A DNA stretch of 56,796 nt, the filler included, from Sphacelaria rigidula (Eukaryota): NCBI GenBank assembly GCA_964200075.2. It is 6 parts of 6 records of this genome, joined end to end, with 100 filler letters (N's around TTAATTAATTAA, not from the genome) between each part and the next. Parts side by side here need not be neighbours in the genome. Positions count along the whole stretch, not along the records: positions 9,485 to 18,868 come from CAXNAA020008622.1; positions 18,969 to 28,351 come from CAXNAA020008623.1; 4 more parts are not named here. One strand, written 5' to 3'. Shown here piece by piece: positions 11,700 to 24,317 of this stretch. Position 1 is the first letter of the stretch; every line of letters starts with the position of its first letter. Below the pieces are notes generated by a model that made no database searches, had not been told where the DNA came from, and worked only from the letters and a program-made list of their open reading frames with translations. The position numbers and the translations under genes were made by a program.

Positions 11700-12470
11700 C
11701 GGAACGCGGTCGACCCCTTCAACCCTCCTGTGTGCTTCCTGAGTTCCGGTGAATGTTGTACGAGGGGCGCCACTGCTTCAGCTGCACCAACACCTCGAGC
11801 AGTGCCGCTCGGACGGGGGTTTCGCCGCTCCTCGACGGTTTTGGCGCTCCCGTATGCCAGTCATCAGCCAGCGTCCCCTCATCCGACTCGGGCAGACGTC
11901 GCGCCCCGGCACGTCGTCTTCTTCTGTCAAGTGCACCGGAGTGACCTTCTCATCCTGCAGGAAGTTATGCAGACGGAACAAAGCGCAGATGAGGTCGGTG
12001 CGGCCTCCGAGCTGGAGTCGTAGCGGCCGCCACAATATTCCCCACGTCGAAACCAGAGTGCCAGAAGCTTTGTTCGATCTTGACTCGAAGCTGGCTCAGA
12101 TGGAAGTTGAACGAGTTCTCACCCTGCGGCAATTTTTTCCCAGGGTATGGAGTGATCCGACGATCGCTGACAGGGTAAGCTGCATCGCCAAATATGTAAT
12201 GGCCTCTGGGTAGACGGCCGACGACGTCCGACAGTGCCGAGCAAGTCCAAGCCATCCAACCGTGGGTGGAACCGGGAGAAATGACCGGCATGCCGCAAAA
12301 ACGGTAGTCAGCGTTGCACATCCTCTGCACGTTGACACCGTACGCCGACTTCTAGCCGGGGTAGTAAGAGAGAACGTTCTCGACTTCCTTCGGACACGGC
12401 GCGGTGGTCTTGATGAACAGGTCGTCCACACAAGCGACAACTCCATCGAGCACACCGTTCGTACTTGATC
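11700..12470 (-). pseudogene. PIF/Harbinger (DDE_Tnp_4, HARBI1-like) transposase, catalytic region, disrupted
   Basis: Translates GVLDGVVACVDDLFIKTTAP...YYPG*KSAYGVNVQRMCNADYRF...SPGSTH...IFGDAAYP...TPYPG...FNFHLSQLRVKIEQSF, then after a frameshift WRPL...LHNF. Contains an in-frame stop and frameshifts. Confidence 0.9.
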
Positions 12471-13096
12471 GCTGCAATGCCAAGGGGAAGAACGAGTACA
12501 GCGGAGGGCAGCACCCGCAGTTATTTCATCAAGTGTACAACATTGGTTTCATGTTCGCAAAAAAGTCGTATTTGCATCCCTCGCGGAACACGGGTTCCAC
12601 CCGTTAGAGGCAAGTACCGTACGGCCTCGAGTGAGCTAGTTTCATTTTCTGGTTCCTGCACTTCCACAGACAGGCACGACTCACACTGCCTCGTCGGTGC
12701 CTTGCAACAAGAGGAGGAGGGGGGGGGACAACTCTCATGAACAATTAATCGACCGAGTGAAATCAGACGAGATTAAGTCCCACATCGAACCGCGCTGCAT
12801 ACCCTCTACAATCGAACTCCGTCTGGGGGAAAACGAACGGGCCGACCTCCGGCGTCTTGTTGATTGCGTCGATAACTTGTCAAAGTATATGAAATACCGT
12901 GGGCACAGACAGGCCAAACATCAAAGCCACGTCTAAATATGACGCCCCTGCAAGGATGCGCAACGCCACAGCCAACCGCACATATTCCGAAGCGGCGCCG
13001 TTGATCGTCCGCAGTTCTGAAAGGGATGGGATGGCGACAGGAGGACAAAAGAGGCGCTTGCACGGCCTTCACGCGCCTTCTGGGAAGGCCTTTTTC

Positions 13097-14299
13097 TAGG
13101 GCTGTGAAGTGGCTGCTTTGGCCAGCTGAGTTCAAACTGGCCGCGCCGGCGCGGCCAATACGTTGATGTTTCTGCAGATAATCGGCGAAGCCGATTAACT
13201 GGGAAAAAATCGGCGGCGAGCGGCGAAGCTGCCAGCCGCAAACGTCCCCCCTCGCCCCCCCGCTGGTGAAGGGCCCGCGCGGGAGCGCCGCCGGAGGCGA
13301 GGGGAAAAATCGTTATATGGCTTGTTTTTCCTTTCAAAATGTAGAAAATGTGACCACTTGCATTGAGGAGCTAAAAAGCCTTAGATGACAATCGCATCCA
13401 ATTCAAAGCGGTGAACGATTCGAAACTCACTCATCCACATGATGCAGCAGCAGACTCTCCCTGAGAAAGAGGATGCCAACAAGCCAAGGCTGGCAGCACG
13501 CGGGAATAAGGTATGCTGGGTTTTTTTTCTCAACTGCCGTCTTCTTGAGGGAGGGGGGAGAGGTTCGGGTGCTCTCGTTACTCAGACGCCCTTAACCAGT
13601 GAAAGAAAAAAATAAATAAAACTGGCTCATTTAGTTTTGTTCATGGCGCCCTAGCGAGATCCCACACGAAATTCCAATACACAAACACCAAACATGGGCC
13701 GGTAAGCGGCCTGCAAAATACTGTTCCGATGCTTCACCGACCCGGTTTTCAAACGGTCCATTCGCGATGTAATACTTAGAGTTGGACCCTAAACAATTGG
13801 CATAGACAAGCAACAGGGCATAGTGAAAAAAACTATGCGTAGACCCAAATAGTTCTTTTTTGTTGTGACTTAAAGCCAATGATCAGTCTTCAGGTTTCAG
13901 AAAAATGTCTTTAAATCACTGAAAAATATCTTCGGGTCCATGCATGATTATTTTTTTTCATTCCCTATTGATTGTCCACACCGAGTTTGAGGATTCCACT
14001 CCAAGTATTAAATTGCGAACGGGCCTGCAAACTCCAAATCGGCTTCTAGGCTGGCCCAGCTCGTACCACGAGTACTGTCTGTACTTGTACTGTTTACAGA
14101 AGCAGGCCCCAATTCTACTATCATTTTGTTCGTCATACTGTAAGCATCTTCGTTATAAAATCACCCCACTAGAATTGGTACAAACATCGCCGGTAACGGC
14201 AAATTTCAAATCAACTGGATAAACTGGAGTCCTCATCACCAGTTCCAGCAAAACTTCCAGTTTAATCGCCAGTACAAACTGGTCCTGTTCACAGCCCCA
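13097..14299 (+). mobile_element. Non-autonomous hAT element
   Basis: TIR TAGGGCTGTGAA / TTCACAGCCCCA (11/12); 8-bp TSD CCTTTTTC (13089-13096) vs CATTTTTC (14300-14307); subterminal AACTGG/CCAGT repeats at both ends. Confidence 0.8.
13500..14063 (-). mobile_element. Second, diverged copy of the mariner-like element at 844-1677, nested in the hAT element
   Basis: Reverse complement begins TA|CGAGCTGGGCCAGCCTAGAAGCC, matching 842 onward; homology is traceable to about 1410 of copy 1. Confidence 0.65.
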
Positions 14300-16289
14300 C
14301 ATTTTTCGCGATCAACCGCAGTACACTGCTCGAATGTCACGGAAACAATGGTGTTTCCAAATACGCCGACGATGCCCTCTTATTGACCAAGGAACTTTTT
14401 GTCATCGTGTTACCCATGCCAACCACGTGGGCAACTAGCGTGGGATATCACCCACTGCGGTTGGAATTGATTTCTTTCAGAATTAGACGTGACAACTTCC
14501 ACAAGCATCAATGAACCTCAAAAACTTATCCATGGGAATCTGTGAAGCGCGGTGTCAAGTGGGACTCCCATTACTGGGAAGGTCGGACAGGAACAATGGA
14601 TACCGAATTTACTAGAATTACAACTGGGTTTTTACAACGAGTGAAGGTGTGTCATATTTCTCAACACCAACAGTTGTGCTGCAGATGACGATCCGAGGAT
14701 GCGTTTTACCATTTTCCTTCTCTTTAACTTCCGGTGGATATGAACGTTCCCAACATTCATCCTCAACAAATTTTCCATCCTCTACTTCGCAACCTCGCGT
14801 TCAAGATGAATCGGAATTCAGACCCACTTGTTAACGGGACAACCTCCAACTATAAATTTGGGCCATTTTGAATGCTGTTATTTTTCTGCCGCGATTTTGA
14901 ACGCAAATAACCAAAGCGCTGGTGTGGGACGAAGCCGCAGTTGCAGGCATGGAATTGGCGACACGTCGGAGACTTGTCCGGATACAACACCACTCTAAGG
15001 AGACGCCGCGGTTGCGGCGCCAAGACATGACCCTTTTAATTTTGGGCACGCTGAAATTCGTTCTAAAGCCTTCTCTGTGCGGACCCGGATACATGACAAG
15101 TAGAGCACCCCACGCAACCTCCAGCGCGTACGAAACTGCGTTTGTAGGCCTCACACCCACGACAAGTGAATGATACGCACAGAACCTAAAGGAAATTTAT
15201 GGGTGTGGTCACGGAGCGCCTTGATGGTTTTCCAGAAAAAACAAGAGACAACATATCACGCTTTCAACAGTGAAAAAAGAGCACTGAGTGCCAACCACAA
15301 TTTGTGTACCGCCCGCGGCAAGACAATGACACAGTAGCTCAGGCAAGCCCCATGGTAGACGAAACTATCTTAGCAGGGCTCATACGCACCACGTTTCAGT
15401 GTGTGTTACAGGAGTCCTAGTGTAAATATAGTCGCCATCTCGAGATGTGTTTACAGTCTGCTTGTCATCTTCACAATGGAGTTAGAGAGTCGACAGGGTT
15501 TGGACGAAAAACCACATTGTGCTAAGGGATATATTTCCGGAGCTTGTGTTGCCGCAACAATACCGAGTGAAATCTCGTTCATCGAGGGGGGGAGGGAGGA
15601 GGGGAGAGGGGGGGTTCCACTGCATGTCACCCGCGAAACACTGTTTGGGGCTGAAGCAAGATGAATACGACGAATATTGGAAAACGGAAGATAAATTTAT
15701 AGCCGGAAGTCATGGAAAACGGAAGGTAAGCTCTGAGACAGCGACCCTCCTGCAGGTGGGCTGACTTGGGCTATGCCACATTTGGGACCCAGGGCAGCTT
15801 TTTCTCGAAAAATGAAACGCCGCTTTCATGAACATGTGGATGTTGGGCATGTACATCGACAACAGTTCCGGAAAACCCCCGACCGGTTTTGACAGTGCAG
15901 TCAATAGCGTACGGGATCAGCATGTGTGCAGTATGTCTCCGCTGGACAACAGTTGGACTACTTCAGTGTGTCATCGCTCTCCACTCAAAACAATTTACTG
16001 CATGCTGCTGATGCCCCTGCTTCGTGTTCAAGAACACTGCAGACAGTGCGAAGCTATGCTGGCAACACACGAGGCGTCAGACAGGCGGCTCAGACCTCGA
16101 GCAGGGCACAAGAAGAAGTTATTTGTTTTCATATAAGCTATGGCTGAATTGCCATGGCTAAAATTAGAAATGCTGGTAGACAGCGAAGGAGTCCACCTGT
16201 AGGGGAACTGCGTGCTCATTTTGACGGCCGTGATTGGTTAGAATGATCATCCCGCGCCTCTCGGACCCCGTTATTGGGTGAGGAAAGAC

Positions 16290-17326
16290 ACGTCCAACAA
16301 CACGTCATCATGGCAATTTCATATCGAGAACACAGAACTGCGTGCCGACTGCAGTTATTCCCTACAGAGCGAAACACAACAACACAACAGGGCAGACACC
16401 CCCAGCGGAGAGAATTATTTTTGGCAATGTGTCAGCACAGCACAAAACACACAAACAGGTACAGTCCGGTCGTTGGTGTGTTCCTGCTGGGGTACTCGTA
16501 CAGTCAACAGTTACATACAGACATTACCCCCATCTACAGAAGTTTAAAAAATCAAACTTCATCAGACAGTACTGCCTACGATCAAAGGCAACTCCGGCAA
16601 AGACTACATCGTGTTTGCAAGGGCCAAGCACACTCCAGTACCGTCATGGTCACAGCACATGCGAGAACGCGTGACTGTGCTTACGCTGCACAGCACATCA
16701 ACTTTTAGCATGCCGCTGGAACAGCGAAACACACACAGCACTCACCAGCGTGGTGCTGGCTGACCCAGAGGAACGGAGCCAGCAGGCCGACGATTATCCG
16801 GAGCGTCTCCTTCGGGATACGGTACATCCGCTCGAAGCAGCCCCGCCCTTCGAGATCCTGCAGGTGTTCATTCCAGTCGAGACGCCTTGGCTCATGTATC
16901 GGCTTCCTAATCTCAGGACGCTGCATGGTGTGAGCGACACCGGATGACACCGCGGCCACGACGATGACAGCTGCCGTTATGCCTCTGTCTCATCACGGAC
17001 GCCGGGGTGACATCCTCTTGACCCGCCTTCGACGACCTGAGGACGCCACGGTCGGTAACCCACGGCGCTTCCTGCCCTCCAACATGGCCCAAGGTGACAC
17101 TGGCAAAGTTCCTCACGATTTTTGTACGCATGCGGGCATCACGGCGTGCGCCAAGGGCAGCTCTGCGGAGTATTGCGCTGCGGTCCGAAATATTCGGTGT
17201 TTGCCAGACGTGAAGGCTTGGCGAAAAATTCTAGCCGCTTCATTTTCGGAGAACGCCAAGCGCAAGGTGCGAAAACGCCTAAAATCTTGGCGATCTCCGA
17301 AAAAACTATGTCTATAGTACCGGCCC
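16290..17326 (-). mobile_element. 5' end of a PIF/Harbinger element: TIR, transposase exon 1, intron and start of exon 2
   Basis: Terminus GGGCCGGTACTATAGAC at 17326-17310; 17040-17326 is homologous to 47662-47930. Exon RRLDWNEHLQDLEGRGCFERMYRIPKETLRIIVGLL has the Harbinger N-terminal F-x-R-M-Y-R signature. Donor G|GTGAGT at 16745, acceptor CTCTGTAG| at 16362, then ...YEIAMM... Confidence 0.75.
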
Positions 17327-18380
17327 TAGCGTGTGTGCCAGGCTCACAAGTAGACGTGTTGGCGCACCTTCATGGTGGATGGACAAGGTGAAGCTGAAGT
17401 CCTCTTTGTCGCTTCCAAGGGTTTTTGTGCGCAGAACCCTGCCCAGGGTGCGGCGGAATTACATGCGGATACCTTCACGGTTGGCATGGCGCGGCATAAA
17501 TACTTCACCGATACTTCCTTGATGTTTGCTGTTCGAATGATTTCACGATGTCCACCGATCCCTCGGTTTCTCGCCAAGGTGCCGCCCCAAGGTATATCTT
17601 AGGGACGAAAACAGGTTTGAAAGTCGCAAAAAAATCGACAGCGGGTACCTTGGCAAGATGCAGAGGCTCCCGGATGCTGTTTTTACCCCCTCTTCTGGCA
17701 ACTTGACAAGGGTCAAGTGGTACTGTAGTTGTACTTGAGATAATAATCATGACCATTGTGAAAGATTGACAAATAGATCATGACATGTGATTTCTTGCGA
17801 CACTTAACTGCCAGGCCGACGGAGCAACGCAGACGACCTACACGCTACCGCCGCTAGATTTGGAGGACAGCCACCGGAGCTCTAGCCGTCTTCTAGCTTA
17901 ATAAAAATGGTGCAACGCCGGCGTTGTTGGAAACGAGGACGCAAAAGCAGTTCGAAAAATAGCGGACGCAACCTATGCATTGCTGTCAGTCTCCTGCTGC
18001 TAGTGTTGTACCTGGCCCACACTGCAGGATCTATGGAAATGCAGCAGCAGGTGGGACTGGGCACACGAGCAGGTCGGCAGCATGGAGCACCACAGTGTAT
18101 GCCTCCAGAGACTACAGAAGGATCCTGCAGTTGGCGTGGGCGTGGACGTCGCATTCTGTCGCCCGCTGTAGCGGCAGATAATGCTAGAGGGATCGGGCTT
18201 TTATCGAATATCCCGCAACTGTCGTCGTTGTTTCCAAGTTTCGTGGTGAGCTTATATTGCCCTATATGTTGTACTGCAGATTACTTCACAAAGAACGGAC
18301 ATAAAACGGGGAAGATGAAGATATCATGGGCGCGTTGAGATGGGGAGAGTAATAGGCTTCGGCTCCGTAAGCGCGCTTAA

Positions 18381-18868
18381 CCCTTTTGGGACCGACCCCC
18401 CACTAACACAGGGTTGACCCTGTGTTAGTGAAATAATAATAAACAAGTCTTCGAGCGACCTGCCCAATCACGGCGAGGCGAAATTTATCGACCAGACCCA
18501 AACGACCGGTGCTGGGGTTGTTGGCGAGTATGATGCCACTGTAAAGATCGTGTGGGGACCCTCTACCTGGCCCAAATAAGCCTTCGCAGGTTTCCAAATG
18601 CAGGGCGGTCCGAGCTTGGTATATGATGTGACTTGCACTCAGGATACCTTTCCGGGGTTTTCCGGTGGGTTTTTTGGGTCTCAATTTCCTACTAAAGCGT
18701 AGTAATTACACCAACACAGGGTCGACCGGAAAACCGGGAAGGAGTGTACATGCTACCATGTGGTCATTTTCACCACCCAGGTGGGCTGTCGAAACACAAA
18801 AGGATCTACTGTCATGAGTTCTGCTTATCCCTCTGGCGATGACCTGCAGGGTGCAGTCAACATGTATG
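18381..18868 (+). mobile_element. piggyBac-type element, second copy of 3691-4751 (cut by contig end)
   Basis: TTAA|CCCTTTTGGGACCGACCCCC; colinear with 3691-4195. Confidence 0.85.
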
Positions 18869-19002
18869 NNNNNNNNNNNNNNNNNNNNNNNNNNNNNNNN
18901 NNNNNNNNNNNNTTAATTAATTAANNNNNNNNNNNNNNNNNNNNNNNNNNNNNNNNNNNNNNNNNNNNCGCGCGTGGCATTGCGAGGTGTGCAATCCAGA
19001 AG

Positions 19003-19083
19003 TAGGGCGAGCACTCGAGTCATTGCTCGTTGTGGAAAAAACGAATAGGGCGAGCACTCGAGTCATTGCTCGTTGTGGAAAAA
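19003..19083 (+). repeat. Direct duplication (43-bp period) of a hAT-like terminus TAGGGCGAGCACTCGAGTCATTGCTCGTTGTGGAAAAA
   Basis: Identical 38-mers at 19003 and 19046, followed by further GAGTCA/CTCGT motifs to about 19175. Confidence 0.7.
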
Positions 19084-19554
19084 GGTGATGGCTTGAGCAC
19101 AAGAGTCATGCTCGTTGTGTTTTCGAAAAACATCCACGAGTGCACTCGTCTCGACGAGTGATGACTCGTCCGACGTATGAAAGTTTTCAACAAGGTTTGA
19201 ACCAAATATTGGTGGTGTTTTCCTGAGAACAAGAATTCGCTTAATTAAGTGAGTAACGATAACAACGCCTATTTTAAAGGGCGGGCGGGGCGGGGAAGGG
19301 CGGGGGGTGGGGGTGGGGGGTGAATATTTCAACAGTGACTTGATGCGTGCTATCTTTCCGTGCGAGATACTTGGACACTTGAACAGTACGACACGATCAA
19401 AAAGTAGGGAAAACATATGTAGGCCAACACAGTGAAATTACAGACAACCTCAGCGTGACTTCAACAAGCCCTTGCGGCTGAGCAACGCTATCCCAACTGA
19501 AAAATAGGGGCTAGACTCTTACCCGCAGCTACACCTAAACCCATCAACTGCGGT

Positions 19555-19932
19555 TTGTATGTATATGTGTGTTGTCATTCCATGTATTCTGGACGCCGGT
19601 ATACAACTTTCGGTATATGTGGGCACATCAGCCAGGGTAACGTAAGAGGAAGGTCAACACAGGAGTTTTTCATTTTTATATTCAATTTTAGTACTCCATC
19701 TTTCTTTTGCGGTGGTTGCCTTCGTGTTTGGCGCGAGAAGGGTCTAGGGGTCTCTTTCTCTCGCCAACTGTGACGTCGAACTGTGTGTCACGAAAAATTC
19801 GCCCTCCACTGTACTGACGAGGCGATATATGAGAGCAAATCCTAGATGGTGTGACTTCACCGAGATTCGAATCCATGTCCCGATCGCCAGAATGTCTATT
19901 TCGAGGTTATCCACTGGGCCACCGCGGCAACC
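19555..19932 (-). mobile_element. tRNA-derived SINE, diverged subfamily
   Basis: Head GGTTGCCGCGGTGGCCCAGTGG...GGATTCGAATCTC; 3' body homologous to 8631-8905; (CATA)-like tail at 19555-19572. Confidence 0.75.
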
Positions 19933-20092
19933 ACCTTCGCACATACCGGAATCAGATCGTCACCCGAAGGTGCGATAGGTACTTCTCACCACCTGCTGTG
20001 CTGTACTGTCGTGCTGTACGGTCAGTACAGTGCAGTACAGTACGCACGTGAGTGGGGACATAGCGCGGTTGGTTGTCAATGTCGCGTGACAG

Positions 20093-20146
20093 CACTATTG
20101 TGGGACCCCGCACTGTAATGGGATCCTGCACTGTGGTGGGACTCCC
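20093..20146. repeat. Three 18-bp tandem repeats (CACTRT..TGGGA.CC.G)
   Basis: CACTATTGTGGGACCCCG / CACTGTAATGGGATCCTG / CACTGTGGTGGGACTCCC. Confidence 0.75.
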
Positions 20147-21129
20147 GTTGTTTTGTTTCTTGTTGTTGCTGTCCAGTATACACTATCGCCATTACCTGTG
20201 GCATCACGGGGGTACTCCCCCTAGAAAAGGAGAACACCGCCCCCCCGCCGTCAGGTTCCGCTAAAAATATGAGGTTTTCACAAAATCGAGGGGCTCGGTC
20301 ACGGCCTGCAGTCAGTGGAGGGCCCCAACAGGGTATTGCCGCGAATGAACACTGTGAGTTACAGCGGATCTCACGGGGTTGAGAGTAAACACAGCCTCGA
20401 CTTGTGGTCAACTGCAGTGGCCATGCCGCCAACAGTTTGTTTTGAAATACCAGGAGCTCGGAAATGGTTTGTCCAACTTTTATCCACTTGAATGCTTACG
20501 CGTAGCACAACCACTAACCAGTTTAATGGTACATAATGGTTTGGTCATCGAGCGGCGTAGCCGCGAGCCAAAAAGCATGCCCCAGCGGGGGGGGCTCCGC
20601 CGGAGGCGCCCCCGGAGGGCCCGCCTTGAGGCGCCGGGCCGGAGGTACGTTTTTGTGCGATTTGGCCTTACTGGGCCAATTTTTTTTGGGCCAATTTTCA
20701 AGGGCTGTATGTAGCATACGTAGCCGGTAACGGTACATAATTATTTGAAACCATTATCCATTTTTTCATATAACCATCACCATTATTATCATGACAATCA
20801 CAGTAGCCAGTTACAACTGGTACCACTTCTGAGCTCAGGAAATACCTTGTGGCGATTCTTCTCTATTGGGGATATTCCAGCAGAGTACCTGACAGTATTG
20901 CGGGGTATTTTTCGAGGAGAAGATCCAGGTTGGGTTATTCATCTTCTCCGGTGATATACCCCGTGAGCTGGAGTAATGTTATCTCTTGGAGGTGTGAACA
21001 GGCGGTGTCCAGGTGTTCTTCGACAATATAATGTTCATTTTCGGAACAGTATTCCGAGCCACTGTCTATTGCAGCCTTGGAAGGTGGACACAGGAAAACT
21101 CAGTAGCTTATCAGGTGGGTAAGGAAGCG

Positions 21130-23500
21130 ATGTCATGTCACGATCAATGATTGTGTGTGATGTGTAAAACTGCGCTGGCGTAAGTCATAACAAGTCCATG
21201 TATGGTGGCCAACCAGGTGGGGGTGTTGCTGTGAAAGCCTATTTGCACACCTGATCCATGAAAGTGAACGCAAATGCGTGCTTTCCGCGCAGAGGAAAAC
21301 GAACACCTCAACGCCATTGTCGCTCACGATGATCGTCGACCACCGTAACTCCTCGGGTGTAACCCCCTCCTTTGCTCCCCTTTGCAGCAGTACCCGTGAC
21401 ACTCGACTCCACGTTTCAAACAGCGATAATTACTTTCTACTATTTGTCATTTCCCATTTTCCCTGCGTTAGCGTTTTCAATGCAATTTGTTCCGACGTGA
21501 ATGAAGGAGCATGGATTAATCTGTCAACCAATTCAGTAATAGACTAAAGTCAGCTTGTTAGATTTGTTCTTCCCCACCTGTCTATGGATCGTAAGGGGCG
21601 TGGATTCTGAGTAGCACACAGTTTCGTTGAACCAGCGTACGACAATATTTTTGATGTTGTACAATGTTGAGGTATGGCCGCTCATGCTTTCTGGGATTCT
21701 GTGCACCACATTTTATCGGATACATGCAACTCATGTTGGACACACTTGCCACATGAGATGCTCTCGGCCGTTCAAACAACGTACTTGCAGCGAACGGAAG
21801 GTGACTGGATCTACGCTAGAAGAGAGAATTTCGCGCTCAAAATCTGTCGGTATCCACAACAAGTCAACGTACCCAACATGGTCTCCATTTTTTAATGATG
21901 TTTGCGGTCCGTCATTTCAGCGGTGCCCCTCGATTCGCACCATACATACGCTGTGGTATCCATGAGACATGGCTGTCCAATCGATAAAGAGCTCGCGGGG
22001 TGAAGTGACATTGTCATTCCCGTTAATTCCTCAGATACACACGGTATTGAGCTTTGATCCTTCGATATGTTGGGCGATGATGGAACGGTAGGCCCCGTGT
22101 GGCGGGGTTCATCGCACCGACCCCACCTGATACTTGTGCAGGTGTACCTGCGAAGTACACTCCAATCAAGCTCCAATGAAACATCCAGTCCATGTACATA
22201 CCCAGTTTACCCGCCACACCAACTGCCCGAGTGCACTGATGACGTCTCTTCATACCGTCAATCACGCAGCCGCGCGCCGCACGCACTGCATATATCCGCA
22301 TTTTCCCCGCGAGTGTCCTGCCACATGGCCGCAGGGCCTCGATGTCTTGTATCGTTGGTTTCATGTACAAACTTCTTGTTGTCTCAGCTATTGCTTTGTC
22401 CCTGATCACGAGTTGGCGAGTGTGTTCGAATTGAGAATACAACACGCTGCGGTATTCATGGCCGAACCTCACCTGTGATTATTTTGCTGGTACGGAGGTG
22501 TATGTACAGTAATTCTAGGAAGCGAGCATCAATTGAGTTAAGCTTGTGTTTTCATGCTCCCGTGCGCTTGACTACATCTCAGCGACAAATGTCGCAGACA
22601 CGGGTGACCATAAAAAATCCTCAACGGCGTTTAGCACCACAGAGCGTCCTATTGTACATGGCACGCGCGCACAAACTTGCGCCATACGTAGACGTATAAA
22701 CTATTATAGTACCCAGTTATTGCTCTACTACAGTATCACCGTTCGTCTTGTTCACCTAAATATAGGGCAATATGTTGCGCGTTTTTCTCGTGTACGCAGC
22801 TCCTGTTGATCACCTTAGCCACCTCAAGGAGGGTCCTCGCCAAAGCGACTCCCCACATCCATGGGCGAACAGCGTTTTTGTCAAGCCCGTAGGCTACTCC
22901 TAACCCAATCCTTAACTCGATGCAGACCGAGAATCGTTGGGAAAGGAGAATACATACCATGCCCGAGGCAGTCTTTACGTTGGCAGAGGTCAAACGGGCG
23001 CCCGTGAGCCGTAAACATGATTGTTGAAACCAAAAACAAGCATGTTCAACAATAAATTTGAGTCGCCCAGTCGGGAAGGAGAACTTCACTGGCCATTGCA
23101 TGTTGCCCCAAGCTCTCCTTGGTTGAAGCAACTTCTACAAGACAGCCACAACGACACGCGGTAGACACACATAGACAAGAACGTAGGATACCGGCCCCAC
23201 ATGCCGACAAAAAAGTAGCCATCGTGTTAATGCCTACTGTCGAGATCATGGAGTGATGCGCAAGTAGTGAGAGGTTGCCACCGGTCGTTTCGAAGACTCG
23301 CGTTAAATAACTCGCCCTTGAAAGGATGCAATTCTCAAGGCGGAGTCAGGACTACTGTCACCGCCTGATACCGATAGAGACGCGCTCGCGCAGCATCCGG
23401 AGAAAATATGTATCCGAAATCATTAGGTCTTTCTCCATTCCATTCCGTTCCAGTCATGGTCCTCCACAGTAACCACGCCAGTTGCAGCAAAACTTCATTG
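21130..23500 (-). pseudogene. Highly decayed transposase-like relic, possibly Plavaka (CMC group)
   Basis: Fragments in Plavaka-like order: FGYIFSPDAARARLYRYQAVTVVLTP; CRCGCLVEV..LG; LTGARLTSANVK; HWSLIGVYFAGTPAQVS...HHRPTYRR. Many stops and frameshifts; matched by eye only. Confidence 0.3.
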
Positions 23501-23987
23501 GTCGTACTTCCACTACATATATCAGTCCGTTTGCCTGTCCGATCGCCCCCCTCCCTCCCCCCAGCGCTAGCAAGCTCTCGGTGCAGAAAGAACAAGATTT
23601 GCAGAGAGAGCACACAATATTCTCATGATATCTGTATGTTTATATCAAAATGCTCAGAAACAGATATATCGCAAACACGTGGCGTAGCGTACGAGATGCT
23701 TTCAACTGCAGCCACCCACAACAGATACGAGAACGAGAGAGAGAGAGAGACACTCACTACAAAACAACACGATCCTGGCTTTCCCTCTTACCTCCCGGTA
23801 TCTTAGCCAGTGACCTGTGCCAAACATGCGGCGAGAGATGGTCAATCACGTCTCATCGCCTTTACGCTATACCCTACACAACAAGTAGATTCTTCGACAA
23901 ACATTTATACGATACGAAGACACACGGTACTGCACGAATATTTTTTGACAGAAAACACACGCTGCATCGTCGTCTCCGGATGCACAA

Positions 23988-24317
23988 CTATATCTCTCGA
24001 CCCTTCTCTCGGCAGACATCCTTTTCGGGAACGTCACCGGGAGCGTCGGCAGTCGCGCCACTGCTTTCTCCTCCTGTTGTTCCTGCGGAATCTTGTTTTT
24101 GTTCGACCCCTTCTTGCTGAACACCGAGGTCAACGATTCGGTCAAACAAGGACGCATTTCCCCCACAGCCTGCCTTTGTATCTTCTACGGCATCGGCGTG
24201 GGTGCCGCCTCTGACTCCCCCAGATCCTGACGCCGTCGTGACACCCTCGATCGTATCATGCGTAGTGCGAGGAAACATGCGCGATTTCGACGGTGACGAC
24301 GATCCAAGCTTTGACGA
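23988..24317 (-). CDS. Unknown low-complexity protein, terminal exon
   Basis: Branch-like GCTAAT plus pyrimidine tract ending GCAG|; phase 0; SSKLGSSSPSKSRMFPR...KGREI*; 330 nt. Confidence 0.6.
   Translation of the reverse strand, partial: SSKLGSSSPSKSRMFPRTTHDTIEGVTTASGSGGVRGGTHADAVEDTKAGCGGNASLFDRIVDLGVQQEGVEQKQDSAGTTGGESSGATADAPGDVPEKDVCREKGREI

Noticed and set aside
17815-18050. Exon ADGATQ...LLA* or signal-anchor ORF MVQRRRCWK...MQQQ|GT
   Set aside because: Splice signals are plausible, but there is no partner exon or homology and the alternative frames contain stops.
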